Source: an uncultured Chloroflexia bacterium
GTDB taxonomy: Bacteria; Chloroflexota; Limnocylindria; Limnocylindrales; CSP1-4
Length of the DNA stretch: 11,330 nt
Assembly: GCA_963766735.1 (NCBI GenBank)
Contig: CAVYBU010000001.1
Span: 1 to 11,330 of the forward strand
Reading direction: 5' to 3'
Part shown: positions 1 to 6,094 of the stretch, piece after piece
How the letters are laid out: the number at the start of each line of letters is the position of its first letter
Position numbering within the stretch: the stretch's first letter is position 1
Notes under the pieces: model-generated
What the model was told of the DNA's origin: nothing
What the model saw: only the letters and a program-made list of their open reading frames with translations
The model's database searches: none
Translations under genes and position numbers: made by a program

Positions 1-82
1 TGTTTCGGACCCCGCATGAATAATGGGTTCCGGCCCTGGAGCCGCTAAGCGCGTCGATTGCCACCGGCGGGGTGGCAACGCT
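1..82 (+). repeat. Direct repeat copy 1 (element left end, P'-arm-like sequence following a tRNA 3' end)
   Basis: 1-59 TGTTTCGGACCCCGCATGAATAATGGGTTCCGGCCCTGGAGCCGCTAAGCGCGTCGATT is identical to 952-1010; looser similarity (CCAC...GCAACGCT) continues to 82/1034. Confidence 0.95.
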
Positions 83-91
83 TGTGGCAAC
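58..91. promoter_or_regulatory. Putative tyrosine-integrase arm-type binding sites (TTGCCAC inverted at 58-64; GTGGCAAC at 72-79 and 84-91)
   Basis: Tandem 8-mer pair with 12-bp period; the same pair recurs with 11-bp period at 7838-7856 next to the tRNA fragment. Function inferred from attP architecture. Confidence 0.6.
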
Positions 92-419
92 ACCCCGATT
101 TTCTAGGCGGCCAGCGGGGGGGGACACGACGCCAAGCGCCTTACGCGCGGTGACTTGCTCTCGTCGGGGAGGTCGGTCCGACCGTCGGCACGCACGCGGG
201 CCGGGTGCGTTCATCGTGCCGCTCGTCCACGACCCGACCGGTGCGGCGGCGCGAGCGCTGGGTGTGAGCCGCGGTGCGGCTCTTCCGCAGGACGACAGCA
301 TCATTCACGGATGTGATTCCCCCGGTGGGCGGCGACGCTGGAGGGCTTCATCCGCCGAGCGATGACGCCCTCATCAGCGGGAGGGTCGCGACGGAGCACT
401 CGCAACAAGGGGGAGCACG

Positions 420-836
420 ATGCCAGGACACAACGAGCACTTCACCGCCGTCCTCGAGGCCTTCAACGCCGGGGATTGGGGGCGCTTCCGCAAGCTCGTA
501 CCGGACTCCGCCGTCTACTTCGAGTCGGCGACCGGGCGCACGGTTCAGGGAGAGGCATACCTGGACCTGCTCAAGGGCTGGAGGGCGGCGTTCCCGGACA
601 TCACGGGCGAGATCACAGCGCTGATCGAGTCGGGGGACACCGCGTGCGGGGAGATCACCTGGACAGGCACCCACACCGGCACGCTCGTCGGTCCGGACGG
701 CAGCGAGATCCCCGCCTCGGGAGGGGCGCTGAACAACCCAGCAGCGATGGTCAACCACTACGAGGGGGACGCGCTCACTCGCATTCACCACTACTTCGAT
801 CTGCTGACCCTGCTTCGTCAGGTCGGGGCGGCCTGA
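420..836 (+). CDS. SnoaL-like ester cyclase / NTF2-like family protein (138 aa)
   Basis: RBS AAGGGGGAG at 407-415; motifs 'EAFNAGD', 'AAFPDI...GD....ITWTGTHTG.L.GPDG.EIPASG', 'HYFDLLTLLRQVG' typical of ester cyclases; GC-rich third positions. Confidence 0.92.
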   Translation: MPGHNEHFTAVLEAFNAGDWGRFRKLVPDSAVYFESATGRTVQGEAYLDLLKGWRAAFPDITGEITALIESGDTACGEITWTGTHTGTLVGPDGSEIPASGGALNNPAAMVNHYEGDALTRIHHYFDLLTLLRQVGAA

Positions 837-909
837 AGGGACGCGCCCGACCGCCGCAATCCCTCAATCCAATGGACGATCAGAGCTCCACAGGAGCCAC
901 GGGGTCTTG

Positions 910-952
910 CGCGTGATTATGGCGTCAGCGGTTCGGATCCGCTCGTCGGCTT
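910..952 (+). pseudogene. Degenerate 3' half of tRNA-Thr(CGT); internal att (attP-like) junction
   Basis: CGCGTGATTATGGCGTCAGCGGTTCGGATCCGCTCGTCGGCTT matches 7914-7956 at 37/43; T-arm AGCGG-TTCGGAT-CCGCT followed by acceptor strand CGTCGGC; no 5' half upstream. Confidence 0.8.
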
Positions 953-1034
953 GTTTCGGACCCCGCATGAATAATGGGTTCCGGCCCTGGAGCCGCTAAG
1001 CGCGTCGATTACCACGGGCAGGGATCGCAACGCT
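952..1034 (+). repeat. Direct repeat copy 2 (left end of unit 2) with decayed arm-like sites
   Basis: 952-1010 identical to 1-59; TTGCCAC has become TTACCAC, GTGGCAAC has become ATCGCAAC, and the second GTGGCAAC is absent. Confidence 0.95.
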
Positions 1035-1042
1035 CCCGAGCC

Positions 1043-1402
1043 CTAGGGGGGCAGCTCGCGCAGGTGACACGGCACGAGGACGTCCAGCCCCGAAGGCAAT
1101 GCAAGTCGGCATTGCAGTTGAAGTAGTACGTCGACCAGCGCCCGCGGACGCCGCCCTGGGGGGTGTCGTGGCCCGACAGGTCGGCCCCGCCGCAGGTGAG
1201 AGTGGCGCTCGAAGCCGGAGCTCTGGTCGTCGGAGTCGAGGACGTGCTGGTTGATGAAGCACTGGTTGTTCTCGGCGAGCCGTAGCTCGGTCGCGGCCCC
1301 CGGATCGGCGGGCACTCGCGTGAAGTAGAGCATCCGGCTGTCGTTCACCAGCTGAGGGGCTTCGAGCATCGGAAGCTTCGGGGTGGTCTGCTGAGCGATC
1401 AG
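1043..1402 (-). pseudogene. Probable 3' fragment of an unidentified gene with two compensating frameshifts
   Basis: GC-rich third positions in frame A (…PKLPMLEAPQLVNDSRMLYFTRVP…ENNQCFINQHVLDSDDQSSGFER) move to another frame near 1201 (LTCGGADLSGHDTPQGGVRGRWSTYYFNCNAD) and back near 1100 (LPSGLDVLVPCHLRELPP*). No convincing start or RBS. Confidence 0.45.
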
Positions 1403-1421
1403 TTTCGGGGTGGATCGAGCG

Positions 1422-2333
1422 TCACGGCCGTTCGGAGTCCCACCGCGCGACCGGCATCCAATGGTGCCTGCCATCGAGCCGCACGAGTTGCCCGAACGGT
1501 TCCGGGAAGTGACACGCGCCCACAGTCATTCCCTCCTGGGAGATCCGCTCGGCGAGAGCCGCGCGCGTCGCGCGTGCGAGCTCGGCGTCCATGTCGAAGG
1601 CGCACGCGAGCCCCGCATCGGTCACTTGGGCCGGGTGCAGCCAGACGTCACCCACGAGCATCGCTCGCTCCCCGGCCGAGTTGATGAGCAGACTCGTGCT
1701 TCCGGGCGTGTGTCCGGGGGTGCTGAGCAGTGCGAGCTGTGGGGAGAGTCGGTGCCCATCGTCGATCAGATCCACCACGCCCGACTCCACCAGCGGGCCG
1801 ATCGTGTCGCCGACGTACGGCACCGGGAACGCATCCTGGACCTCAGGCCGCCTCCACGTCTCCCAGTCGATCCGGGGGACCAGATAGCGCGCGCGAGGGA
1901 AGGCCGGCACCGGTTCGCGGGCCTCCGGTGCCAGCACACCGCCCACATGGTCGGGGTGGATGTGACTGATGATGACGGTGTCGATCTCCTGCAGCGACAC
2001 GTCGATCGCTGCGAGGCCAGCCCTGAGGGCGCCGCCGACCCCGATGAAGGACGGGAACGCCAGGGCCGCCGACCCGCATCCAGTATCGACGAGGATGCAG
2101 CGATCCTTGGTGCGCACGAGATAGCAGGTCACCACGTACCGCCAGCCGCCCGTCGCGCTGAAGGCCTCCGGATAGCGCGCGCGATGGCGCTCCCACGCCT
2201 CCGGTTCAAGTCCCGTGAAAACCTGCTCAACGGGCATCGGAAACGCGACATCGATGTCGAGCAGTGCGGTCAGGCTCACGTCCCCGACGGTCAGCGTAGG
2301 GGAGACGTTCGTTCCCGCCGTCTTCGTCATCAT
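1422..2333 (-). CDS. Metallo-beta-lactamase-fold metallohydrolase (YtnP / AHL-lactonase / methyl-parathion-hydrolase-like), 303 aa
   Basis: Motifs LVDTG, SHIHPDHVGG (HxHxDH), FPRARY, TPGHTPG, VGD, CHFP. Start moved from 2417 to ATG 2333, which has GGAG upstream. Confidence 0.92.
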   Translation of the reverse strand: MMTKTAGTNVSPTLTVGDVSLTALLDIDVAFPMPVEQVFTGLEPEAWERHRARYPEAFSATGGWRYVVTCYLVRTKDRCILVDTGCGSAALAFPSFIGVGGALRAGLAAIDVSLQEIDTVIISHIHPDHVGGVLAPEAREPVPAFPRARYLVPRIDWETWRRPEVQDAFPVPYVGDTIGPLVESGVVDLIDDGHRLSPQLALLSTPGHTPGSTSLLINSAGERAMLVGDVWLHPAQVTDAGLACAFDMDAELARATRAALAERISQEGMTVGACHFPEPFGQLVRLDGRHHWMPVARWDSERP

Positions 2334-2392
2334 CGTCTTCTCCGCGACGAGGTTGCCTAACGCGGTCAGGCTAGGACCCGCGCCGCGGCCGC

Positions 2393-2414
2393 CGCATCCC
2401 AAGTTCTTTACATC
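2393..2414 (-). promoter_or_regulatory. Putative LuxR-type operator box upstream of the MBL hydrolase
   Basis: Minus strand GATGTAAAGAACTTGGGATGCG, 19/22 identical to 6010-6031; -10-like TAGCCT 19 nt downstream (2373-2368). Confidence 0.65.
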
Positions 2415-2460
2415 CACACTGCGGGAACGCGCATTAGGCCGACTGACGCTGAGCCGGCGT

Positions 2461-5400
2461 TCATCTGACGGCGCCCTGCGCGAACCCGTCCGACTCGAGG
2501 CCGCCGTCGAGCGCCGCCCGTGTGGCCGCCGCGCGGTTCGTGACCCCGAGCTTTCCGAAGATGTTCGACACGTGCCGGATGGCCGTGCCCTCGCTGATGG
2601 TCAACCGCTCGGCGATCTGGCGATTGGTGAGACCGGCGGCCAGGAGGGCGAGGACCTCGCGCTCGCGTGGCGTCAGCCGTCGCAAGCCTGGCGGGCCGAG
2701 TTCCCGGACGCCGAGTTCCCCGGCGAGCTTCCCGAGTCGTGCCCTGTAGATCGGGGCGGGGATCCCGTCCAAGAGGCTGTGCGCCGTCTCCAGCGCCGGA
2801 CTCGGGTCACGCCCCTGGGCTCTGGCCACCAAGGCGAGATCCATATGGCACAAGGAGAGGTCGAAATCGCAACCGATTGTCTCGAGCCCGACCCGCGCCT
2901 CGCCGAGCCGGCGACGCGCCCCCGCCAGATCACCCTCGTCGAGTGCGATGCGACCACGGGTGCGCAGGTCGAGCGCCGCGACCCAGCGACAGCCGATGCG
3001 GCGCGCGATCTCCTCCGATCGCTCCGCCGGTCGTCGGGCGCCGGACAGGTCCCCATTCCGACGGCGCGCGTCCGCAAGCCAGCCGAGGAAGCGAGCCAGG
3101 ATGCCCGGATGCTTGGTCGACTCGGCGATCGCGATGGCCTGCTCGAGGGAGGCCAGGGCCTCGGTGAGTGCCCCGTGCTCGCGCTGAGCGAAGCCGAGCG
3201 CCCCGAGGGCCCATGCCGTGTTCGGTCCGTCGGGCGAGAGCTCGATCCCCAGTTGGCATCCCGCGATGCCGAGTTCGGTGTCGCCACGGGCCGCCTCGTA
3301 GAGCCCCTGGGCCCACGCGGCCCAGCTCCGCAATCGTGGATCGGCGACCGCGTCGCCGATGACGCCACCTCGAGCAGCCACCTCGAGCGCATCGTCGAAC
3401 CTGCCCATTGAGTAGAGGGAGTGCGCCATGAAGAAGTGGCAGTGTCCGAGCCACCACGTCTCCCCCGCTGCCTCGAGCAGTGGGACCGCGCGGGCGCCCT
3501 CACGCACGCCCTCTTCAAAGCAGCCGGTCCACCATGCCTGGCGTACCCGGATGTAGAGGGCTCGGCCGAGTGCCGCACTGTCCCCGAGCCGATCGGCCAG
3601 GCCGATCGAAGCGCGCACGGCGCGCTCCGCTTGATCCGGCTTGCCCAGATGGCTCGCCGTATGGGCCGTCCAGAACTCGAACGAGCACGCCAGCACGGGA
3701 TCCGGGCGCGCGTCGATCCGCTTCCTCAGGCCGGCCAGGACCTCCTCACTCTCCTCCAGCAGGCCAAGAAAGTAGATCGAGGCGACCAAGCGCAGGCTGA
3801 GCTCAGCGACGCGTCGCTCGCGCAATGCGGACGGGAGTCGCTCGGCATGACGCATGGCCTCGCGGAACAGCGCGCTCGCCTCAGCATGCGCGTATCCGCG
3901 GAAGCTCTTCTCCGCCGCTCGACTGAGGTACGCCACCGCGCGCGTGGCGTCGTCCGTGCGCGACCAGTGGAAGGCCAGCAGGCCGTCAACCTCCTCCGTC
4001 CGGCCCGCGTACAGCTCTTCCAGACAGAGGCCGGCGGCTTCGTGCAGTGCGGTGCGCGTGGGAGGAGGGACGCTCGCGTACGCGACATCCTGTGTGAGTG
4101 CGTGCTTGAACTCGTATCCGCGCTCATCTTCGTCAACCGCCTCGACGAGGAACTCCTCTCGAGTGAGGTCCTCGATCCAGGCCTGCAGCGGCTCCGGCCG
4201 AGACCAGACCGACGAAAGGAGCCGTAAGGGGAAGCGCCGCCCAAGCACAGCCGCGGCCTGGAGAACGGCCTTCGGCCCCTTCTCAAGACGGTCGATGCGT
4301 GCCATCAAGACGTCCTCGACGGTTGCCGGTACTTCGTCATCACCGTGGTCGGTGTAGGTCGCGAGAGCCAGTTCCTCGAGAAAGAAGGGATTGCCTCCTC
4401 CGCGATCGAGGATCGCGCGCCCGAGAGACTCGGGCACATCCTCGACGGCGAGCACGGAACGCACGACCTCCAGCGATTCCGAGGGACCCAACCGCGGCAG
4501 CGCGATCTGAGTCGAGTGCGACAGCTCAAGCCAGGCAGGGCGACAACCGGGTCGATACGTGGCGAGGAGAAGCACACGTGCCCCCGCGATGGCGGAAGCG
4601 AGGGACGCCAGGAGCCGCTCAGACGTGTCGTCGGCCCAATGGACGTCCTCCACCGCGACGACCAGGGCTTCACGCCGCGAGGCCGCGAGCACGAGGTGCC
4701 GGAGAGCCTCGAAGGTGCGAACCCGGACCGCCTCGGGGCTGAGTGACGCCGTCAGCCTTTCATCTGCCTCTGCGTCGAGCGCATCCAGTAGGCGGAGGAC
4801 ATACGGAGCGGCCCCCACCGGAGCGTCCAGCTGTGCAAAAGTTCTCTCAACCGCCTCAACCGCCTCAGAGCGCCCCTGAAGGGGTGCACCGCACAACGCA
4901 CGGACGAGGTCGATGATGGGCAGATACGGGTGACTCGCGCCATACGGCGCGCATCGGCCTTCCACCCAGCGCACGCGGCCGAGCGTGGCGCGTTGCGCCT
5001 CCTCCACCAGGCGTGACTTGCCCATCCCGGGCTCTGCGACGAAGCCGATGATCTGGCCAGAGCCGGACTCAGCGAGCGTCAACGCATCGTCGAGGAGGCG
5101 CATTTGGCGCTCCCGACCTACGAATCGGGTGAGAGGGCGTCCCTCGCGGCGACGGCTCGTGCGGCGCGCCGGAAGCATCTTGACCACCCGTCGAGCCTCT
5201 GCGGGTAGGTCCGGGCCCGCACCCGGCTCGACCTGGAAGGAGTCAGGAATCAGGGAGACGAGGGAGGATTCGACGAGCACCTCGCGGGGACCCGCGAGGC
5301 TGGCAAGCGCGAGGGCAGCTCGTATCGGCCCCTCTGCGACCTCCGCCGCCCGGGTGTGCGCATCTGCCGACAGCCGTCCCGATGCGATGCCCTGACCCAC

Positions 5401-5892
5401 GGACTCGGGGACCCCTGGGTCGTCCCGGAGCCGCAGAGCCGCGAGCAGGGCTCGCTCGAGGTGGTCCTCGAGCCAGCGGGGTGTCCCGAAGACCAGCGCC
5501 ACGCCAGCCTGGCTTGTCACGAGCTCACCGTCCAGATCGAGCGAGACCTTCTTCAGCGCGTCGGCGAAGGCTTCATCGTCACCCGTACGCGCCATCCCGA
5601 CGACGCTCGCCTGACGGAGCGACGATGCGCTGTCGGGCCACTCGCCCGAGCGTTGGGGCGCACCACAAGCAATACAGAACCGCTTACCTGCCTGGACGCC
5701 CGCCCCGCACCCTGCACACCGCGAGGGGATCGCGCTTCCGCAATCCTCGCAGTAGCGGGCCCCCTCTCGAAGGTGGGCGGCGCAGGCCGGGCACTGGGCA
5801 CCCAGCATCGGCTCCGCGCCGTGTCCCGGCCCGTCCCCGATCGAGTCAGTAGGTGTACCGGGCGGCGGCCCGGGGTCAGGTGGGTTCGGCAT
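2461..5892 (-). CDS. Large ATP-binding LuxR-family (STAND/LAL-like) regulator: double zinc ribbon + degenerate class III cyclase + AAA ATPase + TPR + LuxR HTH
   Basis: Four CxxC (CPAC..CEDCG..CAGCG..CIACG); cyclase-like 'LVFGTPRWLEDHLERALLAAL'; 'FVGRERQM'; Walker A 'EPGMGKS'; Walker B 'VVAVEDVHWAD'; 'GGNPFFLEEL'; 'YEFKHALTQDVAY'; Ala-rich helical repeats; HTH 'LTPREREVLALLAAGLTNRQIAERLTISEGTAIRHVSNIFGKLG'. Alternative start ATG 5808. Confidence 0.93.
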   Translation of the reverse strand: MPNPPDPGPPPGTPTDSIGDGPGHGAEPMLGAQCPACAAHLREGARYCEDCGSAIPSRCAGCGAGVQAGKRFCIACGAPQRSGEWPDSASSLRQASVVGMARTGDDEAFADALKKVSLDLDGELVTSQAGVALVFGTPRWLEDHLERALLAALRLRDDPGVPESVGQGIASGRLSADAHTRAAEVAEGPIRAALALASLAGPREVLVESSLVSLIPDSFQVEPGAGPDLPAEARRVVKMLPARRTSRRREGRPLTRFVGRERQMRLLDDALTLAESGSGQIIGFVAEPGMGKSRLVEEAQRATLGRVRWVEGRCAPYGASHPYLPIIDLVRALCGAPLQGRSEAVEAVERTFAQLDAPVGAAPYVLRLLDALDAEADERLTASLSPEAVRVRTFEALRHLVLAASRREALVVAVEDVHWADDTSERLLASLASAIAGARVLLLATYRPGCRPAWLELSHSTQIALPRLGPSESLEVVRSVLAVEDVPESLGRAILDRGGGNPFFLEELALATYTDHGDDEVPATVEDVLMARIDRLEKGPKAVLQAAAVLGRRFPLRLLSSVWSRPEPLQAWIEDLTREEFLVEAVDEDERGYEFKHALTQDVAYASVPPPTRTALHEAAGLCLEELYAGRTEEVDGLLAFHWSRTDDATRAVAYLSRAAEKSFRGYAHAEASALFREAMRHAERLPSALRERRVAELSLRLVASIYFLGLLEESEEVLAGLRKRIDARPDPVLACSFEFWTAHTASHLGKPDQAERAVRASIGLADRLGDSAALGRALYIRVRQAWWTGCFEEGVREGARAVPLLEAAGETWWLGHCHFFMAHSLYSMGRFDDALEVAARGGVIGDAVADPRLRSWAAWAQGLYEAARGDTELGIAGCQLGIELSPDGPNTAWALGALGFAQREHGALTEALASLEQAIAIAESTKHPGILARFLGWLADARRRNGDLSGARRPAERSEEIARRIGCRWVAALDLRTRGRIALDEGDLAGARRRLGEARVGLETIGCDFDLSLCHMDLALVARAQGRDPSPALETAHSLLDGIPAPIYRARLGKLAGELGVRELGPPGLRRLTPREREVLALLAAGLTNRQIAERLTISEGTAIRHVSNIFGKLGVTNRAAATRAALDGGLESDGFAQGAVR

Positions 5893-5992
5893 GCGAGCGA
5901 ATCCTCATCGTTTCCGACACTGGCACGGGGTCACGAGCCGGTCAACCGGCCCCGCGGAGGCCACTGCGTCTACAAGTGCAGCCCAGAGGGGG
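5890..5992 (+). pseudogene. Possible decayed 3' end of a paralogous LuxR-HTH gene
   Basis: 5926-5940 and 5953-5964 match the coding strand of the regulator at 2548-2522 at 14/15 and 11/12 with a 12-nt insertion; reads GVTSR....AEATA versus GVTNRAAAT. Confidence 0.4.
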
Positions 5993-6009
5993 ACACGTCT
6001 CTCCCCGAA

Positions 6010-6031
6010 GATGCAAAGCACTTGGGATGTG
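6010..6031 (+). promoter_or_regulatory. Putative LuxR-type operator box upstream of the aldehyde dehydrogenase
   Basis: GATGCAAAGCACTTGGGATGTG; inner 18 bp is an imperfect palindrome (12/18); 19/22 to the box at 2393-2414; -10-like CAGGAT 18 nt downstream (6050-6055). Confidence 0.65.
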
Positions 6032-6094
6032 CACCACGGGACGCGGCCCCAGGATCGCCACCGACCGAGTCTCCCGGCACGCCAAGGAGAACCA

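Noticed and set aside
266-282. Hairpin GAGCCGC-GGT-GCGGCTC as a terminator
   Set aside because: Short stem with no U-tract; expected by chance at this GC content.
72-365. 97-aa ORF containing VPLVHDPTGAAARALGVSR, which recalls redoxin or Fis-type HTH text
   Set aside because: Starts inside the arm repeat, is Arg/Gly-rich with no RBS, and the resemblance is too short and ambiguous.
1-1034. CRISPR array or IS terminal repeats
   Set aside because: Only two direct copies 951 bp apart, no spacer periodicity, no cas or transposase gene; better explained as att-associated sequence.
2334-2417. N-terminal extension of the MBL ORF
   Set aside because: Overlaps the operator and -10 elements; the RBS supports ATG 2333.
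1410-3411. Long plus-strand ORFs 1410-2360 and 2215-3411
   Set aside because: Antisense shadows of the MBL and regulator genes, typical of high-GC DNA.
4845-4868. Short tandem repeat CTCAACCGC x2
   Set aside because: Simply encodes EAVEAVE within the regulator.
5891-6094. 68-codon N-terminal extension of the aldehyde dehydrogenase ORF
   Set aside because: Covers the intergenic promoter region; a strong RBS precedes GTG 6095.
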